Shown here piece by piece: positions 10,903 to 21,013 of a DNA stretch of 64,000 nucleotides; position 1 is the first letter of the stretch, and every line of letters begins with the position of its first letter. The stretch is from Candidatus Berkelbacteria bacterium (GTDB taxonomy: Bacteria; Patescibacteriota; UBA1384; UBA12157). The notes beneath the pieces are model-generated. The model did no database searches. It was not told the DNA's origin and saw only the letters and a list, made by a program, of their open reading frames with translations. The stretch is taken from the NCBI GenBank assembly GCA_037127955.1, contig JBAXXI010000003.1, forward strand, positions 7,771-71,770. Reading direction: 5' to 3'. The translations under genes and the position numbers were made by a program.

Positions 10903-11505
10903 TTAGCCCCTCTTAACTTTTCCCCAGTCCTTAGAGTAAATCACGTTATCGGTCACCATTTCGTAATCCAAAATATCTTCATCGGTTAACCAGATTTTCA
11001 TTTCATCGCGAGCTTCGTCGACTGAACCAGATGCGTGAACCAAAGTATGAATCGGTCGCTCCATAATATCGGCAAAATCAAAACTTTCCATCGAATAATC
11101 ACCACGAATCGAACCCACATCAGCCACCATACAGTTAGTTGCTCCAGCTGTTTTTCGTCCCATCGCCACCGCATGAGGTCCTTCCCAAACTGTTACCAAA
11201 AGTGGTCTGTCAGCAAAATGCTCGATCAATCTTGTTCTAGTTCGGCGAGCCAATTCAAGCACGGTCATACCTGGATCAATACCTTTTTCCTGGTAACCTT
11301 TCATGGCTTTTTCACCATTTTGCGTCAACCAAGCCTCGTCATCTGGATAGTGTCGCCCAACCTGGTCAGCCGTTGGCGCCATCATCTTACAAGCCACCAA
11401 TTTTAATCCGCGTTTTTCAAATCGACTAATAAATTCACCGATCAAACCTCTTTGAATTGATTCTGGTTTAATAAAAACCACTGTTTGCTCTACATGTTGA
11501 TTCAT
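10903..11505 (-). CDS. ndk: Nucleoside-diphosphate kinase
   Basis: EQTVVFIKPESIQRGLIGE, GSIRGDY, VHASGS. Confidence 0.95.
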   Translation of the reverse strand: MNQHVEQTVVFIKPESIQRGLIGEFISRFEKRGLKLVACKMMAPTADQVGRHYPDDEAWLTQNGEKAMKGYQEKGIDPGMTVLELARRTRTRLIEHFADRPLLVTVWEGPHAVAMGRKTAGATNCMVADVGSIRGDYSMESFDFADIMERPIHTLVHASGSVDEARDEMKIWLTDEDILDYEMVTDNVIYSKDWGKVKRG

Positions 11506-11520
11506 AATAACTCCCAAAAT

Positions 11521-12795
11521 TTAATACTTATTTAATACATTTTTAAACTTTTCTTCATCCTTGAACGGACCGACAATCGCCAAATTCAGACTTTCTTTGA
11601 CAAACAATTTCTGAGCCAATTTCTGAATATCTTCCTTGGCGACTTGCTCAATTTTTTTAACTAATTCTTCTGGATCTTCGATTTTACCCCATAATAATTC
11701 GCCTTTAGCCAAATAATCAGCTACAGCCAAAGATTCTTCAAGACTTAAATATAAATGACCTTTAAGATTTTCTTTGGCCCGGTTCAATTCTTCATCACTA
11801 ATTAACTCTGATTTCAACTTTTTCACTTCATTCAAAACAACTTCAACTGCTTCTTCAATTCTATTTACATCTACCCCGGCTTTGACTGCCCAAAAACCAG
11901 TATCTTGAAAATCCACCATATCTGCATGAACATAGTAACACAAACCACGACGCTCTCTAACCTCGATGAAAAGTCGGCTTGACATCATCTGCCCCATTAG
12001 GTTAGTTAAAACTTTTAGAATATAACGATCTTGATCTTGTCGACTAATTGAACGCCAAGCCAAAACGAAATGAGCCTGATCAGTTTCTTTATAATTAATT
12101 TTTAAAGTTGGTTTTAATTGATTTTCAACAGCTGGTAAATATTTATTTTTTTGACCAGAGGTGAAATCTTGAAATTTTTCCTTCACTAAACTCAACCAAT
12201 CAATTTTATCTGTACCACCAGCCACCGCTACCACCATATTTTCTGGTGTATAGTGAGCATTTTTATACTCAACCATTTGTTCGCGCGTCAGACCACGAAT
12301 AATTTCCTTTTCACCGGCAATACTACGCCCTAAAGGTTGATTCGGGTAAATTAATTCATTAATCACCAACTCCACCTTGTCACGCGGATCATCATTATAC
12401 ATATTAATTTCTTCAATAATGACACCTTTTTCACGCTCTAATTCCTCGGCGTCAAACTTTGAACCAAACATCATATCGGTCAAAACATCTAAACCGAGCT
12501 CAAAATGTTCGCTCGAAACTCTCACAAAATAACCGGTATATTCTTCACCGGTATAAGCGTTAAAACCAGCGCCGACACTATCTAGGTCGCGCGAAATATC
12601 AATTGTTTTTGGTCTTTTTTCGGTGCCCTTAAAAAACATATGCTCCAAAAAATGCGAAATACCATTGACTTTCGCCTCTTCATACCGAGAACCGACTCCA
12701 AATATAAACAAAATTGTGACAGCTTTAGTCCCACTAACCGGCGCGGTGATCACTCTTAGACCATTATCGAGTGTTGTAACTTGGTGATTTAACAT
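11521..12795 (-). CDS. M16 family zinc peptidase
   Basis: GISHFLEHMFFKGT (HxxEH), NAYT, SSRLFIEVRERRGLCY. Confidence 0.95.
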   Translation of the reverse strand: MLNHQVTTLDNGLRVITAPVSGTKAVTILFIFGVGSRYEEAKVNGISHFLEHMFFKGTEKRPKTIDISRDLDSVGAGFNAYTGEEYTGYFVRVSSEHFELGLDVLTDMMFGSKFDAEELEREKGVIIEEINMYNDDPRDKVELVINELIYPNQPLGRSIAGEKEIIRGLTREQMVEYKNAHYTPENMVVAVAGGTDKIDWLSLVKEKFQDFTSGQKNKYLPAVENQLKPTLKINYKETDQAHFVLAWRSISRQDQDRYILKVLTNLMGQMMSSRLFIEVRERRGLCYYVHADMVDFQDTGFWAVKAGVDVNRIEEAVEVVLNEVKKLKSELISDEELNRAKENLKGHLYLSLEESLAVADYLAKGELLWGKIEDPEELVKKIEQVAKEDIQKLAQKLFVKESLNLAIVGPFKDEEKFKNVLNKY

Positions 12796-12893
12796 AAAAT
12801 ATCCTCTTAGTTAAATCCAATATACCTTAAATTAAGTCGGTTTTCAAGGCACAAAAATTTTCAAATAAAAAAACCGCTCTCTAAAAGAACGGT

Positions 12894-13466
12894 CTAATAA
12901 TTTCTAATTTCCACGATTTGAATATTCTGGTACAAAAGCCCCATCGACCTGGCATAAACGTTAAATTCGATCACGCTATTTGAATATTCATCAAACAAAT
13001 CTGTGATAAATTCGTACAAGTCTTGCGCCATAACCGACAATAAAATTAATTTTGCCTCCAATCCCCAAGCATAGTGTTGATTCAAACCACCTTTGATCGG
13101 GTGATTAAAAAATTTCCAATTTGGCCTCGATTTGTAAGTTAACTCTAAAGTTCTTTCACTTCGCATTAATTGACAAATCATAACTAAATCTTCCTCGGGA
13201 ATCCACTCACTTAGATAAAAATAACTTTCGTTATAACCGCTTTTATAAATATCACTTATAATCGAACTGATCTTTTCATAAGGCACATTTTTATAATGAC
13301 TATGTTGGGGCCGACCAGCTCTAAACCTTATTATAACCGGTCCAGTGTAACCACTTTTATAAAAATCATTCAAAGTTGGCCAAATACGCGCGGTATTCCC
13401 AAATTTACCACTAATCAACAAGTCAAACATCTGATCCTTATTCTTAACCTCAATCAAGCTGGCCAC
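12894..13466 (-). CDS. Hypothetical protein
   Basis: 190-aa ORF, GTG start after GGGAG, own promoter and terminator. Confidence 0.7.
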   Translation of the reverse strand: MASLIEVKNKDQMFDLLISGKFGNTARIWPTLNDFYKSGYTGPVIIRFRAGRPQHSHYKNVPYEKISSIISDIYKSGYNESYFYLSEWIPEEDLVMICQLMRSERTLELTYKSRPNWKFFNHPIKGGLNQHYAWGLEAKLILLSVMAQDLYEFITDLFDEYSNSVIEFNVYARSMGLLYQNIQIVEIRNY

Positions 13467-13594
13467 CTCCCTTTTTCAATTATTAAGTTGAATCTCAACC
13501 TTAACAATAGTATATCTTTAAATCATTTTGTCAATACAAAAAATCTGCTTTCAAAGATGAAAGCTGACTTTTTATTTCCTATGTGATTTGCTTT

Positions 13595-13729
13595 TTAACT
13601 TAAAACATCGGTGAAAGCCGTAGGGTTTTCCTCGATATCACTTGATTCAACTAAAGTACCATCAGGTGTAATCGAATACTCGGTTGATTCAATTTGTTCG
13701 GCCACCGGGCATTTATTTTCGTTTTGCAT
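13595..13729 (-). CDS. Small acidic hypothetical protein (44 aa, not in the ORF track)
   Basis: MQNENKCPVAEQIESTEYSITPDGTLVESSDIEENPTAFTDVLS*; AAGGAGAGGG SD; consensus promoter upstream. Confidence 0.55.
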   Translation of the reverse strand: MQNENKCPVAEQIESTEYSITPDGTLVESSDIEENPTAFTDVLS

Positions 13730-13759
13730 TCCCTCTCCTTATTTATTTGACATTAAACC

Positions 13760-13788
13760 ATTATATCACTTTTTTGGCCAAATGTCAA
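13760..13788 (-). promoter_or_regulatory. Consensus sigma70 promoter
   Basis: TTGACA-N17-TATAAT on the minus strand. Confidence 0.75.
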
Positions 13789-13922
13789 GGCGTAAACCAC
13801 CGCCTAAACACTTGACAAACCTGTAAAACTGTGTTAAATTATGCTCAGTCTTAGTGATAACGACACTACTAAAGCACCTAGCTAGGTCTAGCAGGTTAAG
13901 ATTTAGTAAAAAAGGAGAAACT

Positions 13923-14639
13923 ATGACAAATGTACCTGTACAAATTACTCGCGACGGCAAGCTGGCCAACCCAGAAGCCGAGTTCAACCGCCCCAAAACC
14001 TGTCTCTACCGAGTTTGTTTTGGTGGCGACAATGATCCAATCATGGATCTTCTAACTTTTCATGGCGAATGGCCAATGGCAGTCACAAAAGACTACACTT
14101 TCGATGCTCATAAAAAAATGGTCATTGAAAAAAGTCCATGTCTTTCTGACTCCACTCATCACAACTATTGTGAATACATATTGGGTAAAGTAAAAACCAT
14201 TAACCCAATATCACAACTGGCCGAAGAGCGTCCAGGTTATACTCATCTTGTTTGGATAGATAAAATCGAGGATGCATTGTATTGCAAGGACAGAGTAAGA
14301 AAATTTTTCCGAACAAACTGCAAATACGCACCAAGCATATTTCTCTGGCATATAGGCTTTAATGATAATGGCGAATATCAAGCCGACAAAGTTGGTTTTC
14401 GCCAAAGCGCGTCATTCCCTGACCATATGTCCAGTTGTTCAGCCTTCTTCCGACACATGTACTATCCCGATGAGAATATTATGAAAATATATTTTTCTAA
14501 TAGTCTGGACGAAGGTTTGGAGTTATACGAATTTGGCAAACCAAAGGAAAGTATTTTCCCAAAAGAAAAATACCAATATTCGGTCTGGTTTAACACGACC
14601 GAGGCAGCCAATGCCTTTGTGGCGACCCTACAAAAATAA
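13923..14639 (+). CDS. Hypothetical protein
   Basis: Long ORF; ATG 13923 after AAGGAG; terminator follows. Confidence 0.7.
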   Translation: MTNVPVQITRDGKLANPEAEFNRPKTCLYRVCFGGDNDPIMDLLTFHGEWPMAVTKDYTFDAHKKMVIEKSPCLSDSTHHNYCEYILGKVKTINPISQLAEERPGYTHLVWIDKIEDALYCKDRVRKFFRTNCKYAPSIFLWHIGFNDNGEYQADKVGFRQSASFPDHMSSCSAFFRHMYYPDENIMKIYFSNSLDEGLELYEFGKPKESIFPKEKYQYSVWFNTTEAANAFVATLQK

Positions 14640-14804
14640 CTAAATATAACCCGTGAGAAATCGCGGGTTTTTAAATACAAAATTAACAAAGCAGGGGTTG
14701 ACATCTCTCGAGAAATATGATATATTTACCAGTTGCAAATGAATCTTAAAAATCAAAATCAAACTACTGCTCAAGCAACTAAAGCAGTAAAAAGGAAGTG
14801 GAAA

Positions 14805-15599
14805 ATGGCAGATCCTGTCACAATAATCAGTCCTCGTGGAGCGCAAATTATTGCCTCTAACAATGTTATCGAAATGCCAGATACAAATCTCTGGGAAATC
14901 GTACCGCGCAATACCGCGCGCATTAAAATGGGCACACCAGGCGCACCATGGCCACCAGACCTCGAAGACAAAGTTGAACAATGGCGAAGCGGCAAACTGG
15001 TCAACCTGACCAAAAACGGTCAAATCCGTTACGGCGTCAGCGCCGCCATTATGGGCAGAGAAGGTGTTCGACTTTGGCCGATTTTCGGTCAAAATAGTCC
15101 AACTCACCCAACCCGCCCCAATGAATTGACGCCACCGGCTGGACTTCCGGACGGACCCGACATTTTAGAAAAAGCTATGACCGAACTGGGCCAGGAAATA
15201 ATTATTACCCTTGATGGTCATGTTGGCTTCTGGAGTTTTAACGGAACTATACTGGAACCAGAATGGGTTGTTCAGTACGCCAAAGATCATGAATTAAAAA
15301 TTAATCATGATTTGATTGTACCAGTTAATCTCTTGCACGATATGCCGGAAATGGTTTCAATCGTCGCTGGTGACCAAAAAATTCATTGTTGGGTGGCTTG
15401 GGAATTTGACACCGGAGCCATGGAAATCATGATTCCAATGTCTGCCGAACTACCAAAAAACATCATTTTAAAAGATGGCGAACGCTTTGATAACGGCCAA
15501 TGGCGCGGATCAAATGTGGTTCAGATGAAACTCGGCGAAAAGGCTGAACTAATAATGCGGCGTTTCCTGGACGCAAAAACCAAAGGTTTCTGTCGCTAA
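14805..15599 (+). CDS. Hypothetical protein (possible degenerate NUDIX fold)
   Basis: Long ORF; segment PAGLPDGPDILEKAMTELGQEI loosely resembles a Nudix box. Confidence 0.65.
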   Translation: MADPVTIISPRGAQIIASNNVIEMPDTNLWEIVPRNTARIKMGTPGAPWPPDLEDKVEQWRSGKLVNLTKNGQIRYGVSAAIMGREGVRLWPIFGQNSPTHPTRPNELTPPAGLPDGPDILEKAMTELGQEIIITLDGHVGFWSFNGTILEPEWVVQYAKDHELKINHDLIVPVNLLHDMPEMVSIVAGDQKIHCWVAWEFDTGAMEIMIPMSAELPKNIILKDGERFDNGQWRGSNVVQMKLGEKAELIMRRFLDAKTKGFCR

Positions 15600-15609
15600 A
15601 CTATCTCGC

Positions 15610-15637
15610 AAGAGGTACCGAAAGGTACCTCTTTTTA
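15610..15637 (+). terminator. Intrinsic terminator
   Basis: AGAGGTACC-GAAA-GGTACCTCT followed by a T run. Confidence 0.85.
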
Positions 15638-15722
15638 ATATCAATTTTGACTTTTTAAATTCAATATTATATGATTAGAATGTACAGAAAAACGAACTTA
15701 AAATAAAAATGGAGGGAGCCAA

Positions 15723-16892
15723 ATGGCTAATTTAAAAGTATCACTCGAAAACATCATTCCGCTCACTGAGGCGCGCGATCATTTTTCACAAATCGTGGCC
15801 GATGTTCAAAAAGACAAACTCTACATTTTAACCAAAGGTGGTAAACCAGCTGTGGCCGTGATCGATGTCAAATATTTAGGCGCCATTACCGGCGGCAGTG
15901 TTAATCTTGGCCATGTCGAAACAGAAATTCAAAAAGATCCAATCAAAGTTGGCCGCACCCCAATGATCAAAGTGGCTGAAAATACTGCTCAACCAAGCGG
16001 TTTTAAACCATATACCCCTGCCCCACTTCAAACCAATAGTTTCACTCAAAATAAACCAACTACTCCGAACGCCTCAACCACTAATTTTCAGCCAAAACCA
16101 ATTTTTGGCCAAAATTCAACATCTAACAACTCGAATGAACCAGTTAAGGTCAATTTTCAGCCAGCCACGCCCGCTTCCCCAATCATTCCACCTCAAACCC
16201 CAGTCGCCCCGAGTCCAAAACCAGCCGAAACCAGTAATTTCAGTGGTTTTAATGCACCAAAACCAACTATGCCAGTAACCCCAAAACCTTTTACACCAGC
16301 AGCTACAGCTCCGGTTGCACCGGCTTTTACACCGACCACACCTCCAGCTTCAGTACCGACACCTCAGGCTTCATCTAGTTTTACCAACAACGCTAGTTCT
16401 TCATCGTCAGTTACTCCAACTCCAGCACCAACCTCAACTTTTAATGCACCTCGACCATTTACTCCACCAATTCCACCACAGGCTCCAGTAGCACCAAAAC
16501 CGGCTGCACCGCTAACGATGCCACCGCTTGGACAAATCGACACGCCAGCCAACGCACCTAAAACCGAGACGACTGACACTATTTCTGTCTCTAATTCAAA
16601 TCCATTTACTAGTAGTAACACCAACCCAGTCAAATCACCAATTATCATGAACAATAGTCAACCAACCAGTACGCCACCAAGCGAAACACCAAAACCTGTT
16701 GCACCAACCACTGGTACTGGTTTAAATATGACTTCAACTATGCCAAAAGATAATACTGGCGATACGATTAATGTAATTGAGCTAAACGATGAACCAGAAA
16801 ATCCAACCACTAAGCCAATCTCGCCGGATGACAAGGTTGGTCCAGCTCAATATTCCAGCCAAGACGATGTCGATGATATGGTTTTAGACTAA
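15723..16892 (+). CDS. Phd/YefM antitoxin-like domain fused to a long Pro/Thr/Ser-rich disordered region
   Basis: IPLTEARDHFSQIV...YILTKGGKPAVAVI is the Phd/YefM pattern; remainder low-complexity. Confidence 0.8.
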   Translation: MANLKVSLENIIPLTEARDHFSQIVADVQKDKLYILTKGGKPAVAVIDVKYLGAITGGSVNLGHVETEIQKDPIKVGRTPMIKVAENTAQPSGFKPYTPAPLQTNSFTQNKPTTPNASTTNFQPKPIFGQNSTSNNSNEPVKVNFQPATPASPIIPPQTPVAPSPKPAETSNFSGFNAPKPTMPVTPKPFTPAATAPVAPAFTPTTPPASVPTPQASSSFTNNASSSSSVTPTPAPTSTFNAPRPFTPPIPPQAPVAPKPAAPLTMPPLGQIDTPANAPKTETTDTISVSNSNPFTSSNTNPVKSPIIMNNSQPTSTPPSETPKPVAPTTGTGLNMTSTMPKDNTGDTINVIELNDEPENPTTKPISPDDKVGPAQYSSQDDVDDMVLD

Positions 16893-16959
16893 AACTAAAA
16901 AAATACTAAAAAAGATACCGCTACAAACGGTATCTTTTTTTATTTAAAACAAATTTTAA

Positions 16960-17565
16960 CTAAACGTAACCAAAAACAAAGAAAACTAACAAGGTAATAA
17001 CCGTGGTGACCAAAGCCCCAAAAGTCGTCTGCCAAAGACTATGACGTTTACGGTAAATTCTTGACCAGGCCAAAGGTATTAAAATGAGGTATAACCACCA
17101 AAATTTTGGACCAAAAATAATCACCGCAATAGTCGCAATCGAAGCAAAAGTGCCAGTATGAACACTAATTTTCCACCATTGAGAAATAATGGCTAAAACT
17201 AAACTATTTAGAGCATAAATTACCGCGATCACAAAAACCGGTCGAACAGCGTGTAAGCAAAACAAAACTAAAGCACCGACCAAAGCTGAAATAGCCATGA
17301 CGATCATCGGAATTTTGCGTTCATTTGGGTTAGCCATATGAATATCGGTGATTTTTCGAGCTTCAAACAACCAAAGGATATAAAAACCAGGCAAAATGGT
17401 TGAAAATGAAAAGAAAGTCAACATCCAAGGCATAAATTGGTTCAAGTCTTGGGCATAATTATAAACAATCAATACGGTAAAAACGACCGCCGCAACATAT
17501 GGGCTGAAAAATGCGGAAATTCCGAAAGCAATATAATCCAAAAATTTTCGATTAGCCGTTTTCAT
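16960..17565 (-). CDS. PAP2-superfamily membrane protein
   Basis: WKISVH, WSRIYRKRHSLWQ motifs; multiple TM helices. Confidence 0.75.
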   Translation of the reverse strand: MKTANRKFLDYIAFGISAFFSPYVAAVVFTVLIVYNYAQDLNQFMPWMLTFFSFSTILPGFYILWLFEARKITDIHMANPNERKIPMIVMAISALVGALVLFCLHAVRPVFVIAVIYALNSLVLAIISQWWKISVHTGTFASIATIAVIIFGPKFWWLYLILIPLAWSRIYRKRHSLWQTTFGALVTTVITLLVFFVFGYV

Positions 17566-18131
17566 GCCAAATTTACCTTTTTTGCTAATTTAATCACAAA
17601 TTCATAAACAATATTTAAAGGTTTATCAAACAAATAAACCAAGTAGGCCGTGAAAATACCAATGATAGCACCAGCCAAAACATCGGTTGGCCAATGTATC
17701 CCGGTGGCAACTCTAAAAATCGCATTAATACTAGCTAAAACAAAGAAGGCTACACCCATTTTTTTATTACCAGAAAACCAAAAACTCGCCGCGATCGCAA
17801 AGAAAACCGTAGCATGATCAGACGGAAAAGAATAAGTTGGTCGATGAAACAAAAGTTCGCGCACACCACCAGAGTCAAACGGTCTGGCTCGATGAATAAA
17901 TTGACCGATCGAATGGGCAAAAACTAAAAACGCCACTAAAGCTGAACCAGCGGCACGCATGGCCACTTTTTTACTTTTTTGATCATAAAACCATAACCAA
18001 AGCAGTATAATTGGCAAAACATAGATCAAATATTCAGCAAATAATTTGTTCCAAAAACCCCAATCTTTAACAAAATTGTTTAACCACAGTAAGATTTTCA
18101 AATCCAGAGCCTGAATGTAATTAATCATCAT
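17562..18131 (-). CDS. PAP2 phosphatase (BcrC/YbjG-like undecaprenyl-diphosphatase)
   Basis: RARPF, SFPSDH, RVATGIHWPTDV. Confidence 0.9.
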   Translation of the reverse strand: MMINYIQALDLKILLWLNNFVKDWGFWNKLFAEYLIYVLPIILLWLWFYDQKSKKVAMRAAGSALVAFLVFAHSIGQFIHRARPFDSGGVRELLFHRPTYSFPSDHATVFFAIAASFWFSGNKKMGVAFFVLASINAIFRVATGIHWPTDVLAGAIIGIFTAYLVYLFDKPLNIVYEFVIKLAKKVNLA

Positions 18132-18224
18132 ATTATTACTGTAACAAGAAACATTTTCTTTGACAAGTCAAGCTTTGCGTCGCATAATTTAAATAGATAA
18201 TAAAGATTAAATTTTAAGGAAAAT

Positions 18225-19211
18225 ATGACTATAAAAAATCTCATCACTCAATATTTAGAATACCTAGAAATCGAAAAAGGTCGCTCTCTTTTGACAGTGC
18301 GCAATTACGATCGTTATCTTCAGGATTTTGCCCATTTTGCCAAAAGTAAAGAAGTTGAAACCCCAGAAAAAATTGATTTAGAACTTATTCGCCAATACCG
18401 CTTAGTGATCAATCGCACCGAAATTTCCAAAAAAACACAAAATTACTACCTGATCGCTTTGCGTAGTTTCTTAAAATTTCTAGCACGTAAAGATATCCAA
18501 ACCTTAGCACCAGAAAAAATTGAACTGGCCAAAGTTGACGAACACCAAATTACATTTCTCGACAGCGAAGAATTAACTGATTTGATCAGTAAACCAGAAT
18601 TAAGTACACCTCAAGGCCGCCGCGATCGCGCCATTTTAGATCTTCTTTTTTCGACTGGTTTACGCGTTTCAGAGCTGTGTAACCTGAAAAAAACCGATAT
18701 TAATTTGGACCGGTCCGAATTTTCCGTCAAAGGTAAAGGCGGTAAAATTCGCGTGGTTTTTCTTGACCAAGAATCCAAACAATCTTTACAACGCTACCTT
18801 GACCGCCGCACCGATAAATCTGAATTTTTGTTTGTTTCTTATGGTCACACCAACGAAGAAAAAATTCAAGTTCAAGAAGAAGATCGACCCATGACTCCGC
18901 GGTCAGTTCAACGAATGATTGTCAAATACGCTCACCTAGCCGGTATCACCAAACAAGTGACACCGCACGTTTTGCGTCACTCTTTTGCTACCGACCTTTT
19001 AATGAGCGGGGCTGATTTGCGAGCCGTTCAGGCACTCTTGGGTCACTCCTCGATCACTACCACTCAAATTTATACTCATGTCACTGATCAACACCTTCAT
19101 GATGTTCACCAGGCTTTCCATGGTTTGAGAAATCAAACTCAAGAAGAAATTGATGAAACTGAACCAGAAATTATTGAACCTGAAATGATCGATGAAGAAA
19201 TAGCCGAATAA
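18225..19211 (+). CDS. Site-specific tyrosine recombinase XerC/XerD family
   Basis: N-terminal SAM-like domain, STGLRVSEL, GKGGKIR, TPHVLRHSFAT, LLGHSSITTTQIYTH. Confidence 0.93.
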   Translation: MTIKNLITQYLEYLEIEKGRSLLTVRNYDRYLQDFAHFAKSKEVETPEKIDLELIRQYRLVINRTEISKKTQNYYLIALRSFLKFLARKDIQTLAPEKIELAKVDEHQITFLDSEELTDLISKPELSTPQGRRDRAILDLLFSTGLRVSELCNLKKTDINLDRSEFSVKGKGGKIRVVFLDQESKQSLQRYLDRRTDKSEFLFVSYGHTNEEKIQVQEEDRPMTPRSVQRMIVKYAHLAGITKQVTPHVLRHSFATDLLMSGADLRAVQALLGHSSITTTQIYTHVTDQHLHDVHQAFHGLRNQTQEEIDETEPEIIEPEMIDEEIAE

Positions 19212-19224
19212 ACAACCGATGGTC

Positions 19225-19253
19225 TTGACTCAAACTCAAATTTAAGGTATAAT
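19225..19253 (+). promoter_or_regulatory. Sigma70 promoter
   Basis: TTGACT-N17-TATAAT. Confidence 0.7.
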
Positions 19254-19284
19254 CTGAGTAATATTTTAAATAGGGGGAAATTTA

Positions 19285-19647
19285 ATGCAACTTGAAATGT
19301 ACCTTTTGATCGGACTAATCGTCGTCTTCCTCATTGTTTGTGGCTACTTTTTGTTAAAATGGGTCACTTTACTTGATTTTCAAAAAGTTTTATCAGAAAA
19401 CTCCAACGATGGCCGAGCCTACCAGATCATTAAATGTTATGGTTTTATTAGCACTTTTTTGCTCTACCCGGGCATCATGAAAGAAGCTAAACAGATTCTT
19501 GAACGTCAAAATCGAACGCGTTTGATTTACAAATTCAACCGCATCTCAAAAATCAAAACCAAAAAGCCAATTGATGTCTACACTGACGACCCACAAATCA
19601 ACCAGATTGTCGATCAAAAACTCGATATACCTGAAGATTTACACTAA
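19285..19647 (+). CDS. Hypothetical membrane protein
   Basis: N-terminal TM helix; SD, own promoter and terminator. Confidence 0.65.
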   Translation: MQLEMYLLIGLIVVFLIVCGYFLLKWVTLLDFQKVLSENSNDGRAYQIIKCYGFISTFLLYPGIMKEAKQILERQNRTRLIYKFNRISKIKTKKPIDVYTDDPQINQIVDQKLDIPEDLH

Positions 19648-19702
19648 TTTTCTAACCGCTGTTTATTCAGCGGTTTTTTAATTTTCTAAATCCCCTGCCT
19701 TC

Positions 19703-19731
19703 TTGACATTTCTCCTTAAATGACGTATAAT
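19703..19731 (+). promoter_or_regulatory. Consensus sigma70 promoter
   Basis: TTGACA-N17-TATAAT. Confidence 0.75.
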
Positions 19732-19769
19732 CTTCAAGAAGTTATAAACTTCAAAAAAAGGAGGCGCAC

Positions 19770-20405
19770 ATGAATAATACCATCGAAAAAAGACCAAATC
19801 TTGAAGATTTGAACCTACTCAAGCAGCATGCGGATTTCTTTAACGAAATTGTCGCTCAACACGGTTTTACTCAAGACGATCGACTCAGGGCAATCGAAGC
19901 GGAAATCGTAGCTTTACCTTTAGGTGAAGAAAACGACGAAAAACTCTCGGACCTAATGAGCGAATACCAGGATTTTGCCGCGCAACTTTGCACAAATGAA
20001 AAAATCAATCGTGGTCGGCTTTTCTCCGAATTAGCTATCTCGGCTAAACGCGGTGACTTACAAATGTTTGATGAACAATTCAACGAACTAATGTATGACC
20101 GCCGCAATTTCGAAGATCTAACTGACGAGCAATTTGGAAAAACCGATATGATTTTCGAAGAAATTAAAGCCTTAATTCAAGAAATTATTGAACACAATAA
20201 ATCTCTTGAAATCGTGACGAATGCAACTGAACCAACCAACTGGGAATTAGCTCAGGCCCTGACCGGCGTCCTATCAATAACTGATTGTGCCGAACTGGCT
20301 AATATGGAATTCGATGACGCACTCGGCTACGCCATTACCCTTCTTTACGAAGCCGGCGTATCAGACCCGGAAACCTTGCTTAAAAACAAGGGAATCCTTA
20401 AGTAA
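19770..20405 (+). CDS. Hypothetical acidic helical protein
   Basis: 211-aa ORF with AGGAGG SD. Confidence 0.75.
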   Translation: MNNTIEKRPNLEDLNLLKQHADFFNEIVAQHGFTQDDRLRAIEAEIVALPLGEENDEKLSDLMSEYQDFAAQLCTNEKINRGRLFSELAISAKRGDLQMFDEQFNELMYDRRNFEDLTDEQFGKTDMIFEEIKALIQEIIEHNKSLEIVTNATEPTNWELAQALTGVLSITDCAELANMEFDDALGYAITLLYEAGVSDPETLLKNKGILK

Positions 20406-20529
20406 TCCCCCTGCACCACCCTTAATCGGGTGGTTTTTAATTACGAAAATCAGCCTACACCCCTTGACAACTAACCAGTTTCGTAGTATACTACAGAGTA
20501 CCAAAATTCGGTACAAAGGGGAGGAAAAA

Positions 20530-20895
20530 ATGCACCTAAAATTAGATAGAGCCGATCTCAAAGAAGAAGAGATTGATCGATCGTTAAGTACAGTTAAGTT
20601 TGAACATCTAAATGAGCGTGCGCAAATGGCCGTAATAGCGGCTGGTTCCGCCATGATTGAAAGCGGCAATCTATACGAAATAATCTACGCACCAAAATTA
20701 AGATTCGCTTGTAAAGACAAAATATTTGAGGTAGAAACAACACTGAGTATTAACACTATTGCCATGGTTGAATTACCGGATGGAACAACATTACTAATAA
20801 CAAGAAATACAGAAAATCCATTTGCAATCAATCATATATCTCAAGTAATGGTTGAAAAATCTACATCATTTCTGAAAGCTAAAATAGTTACCTAA
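20530..20895 (+). CDS. Hypothetical protein
   Basis: ATG 20530 after GGAGG; own promoter and terminator. Confidence 0.65.
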   Translation: MHLKLDRADLKEEEIDRSLSTVKFEHLNERAQMAVIAAGSAMIESGNLYEIIYAPKLRFACKDKIFEVETTLSINTIAMVELPDGTTLLITRNTENPFAINHISQVMVEKSTSFLKAKIVT

Positions 20896-21013
20896 CACAC
20901 CACCCCGGTTTTCCGGGGTTTTTAAATACTAAACAACACACTTCCATTTTCCCTCTTTTTCAGGTAAGATGGCATTGTAATACTAAATATAAATTATCAA
21001 ATAAAGGAAATAT

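Noticed and set aside
18160-18205. dif-like CGCATAAT upstream of the xer gene
   Set aside because: No XerD arm (TTATGTTAAA); CATAAT is better explained as the -10 box 17 nt after TTGACA.
18225-20895. Integron (tyrosine recombinase followed by an orphan array)
   Set aside because: The recombinase lacks the IntI-specific insertion, is co-oriented with the orphans, and no RYYYAAC/GTTRRRY attC structures were found.
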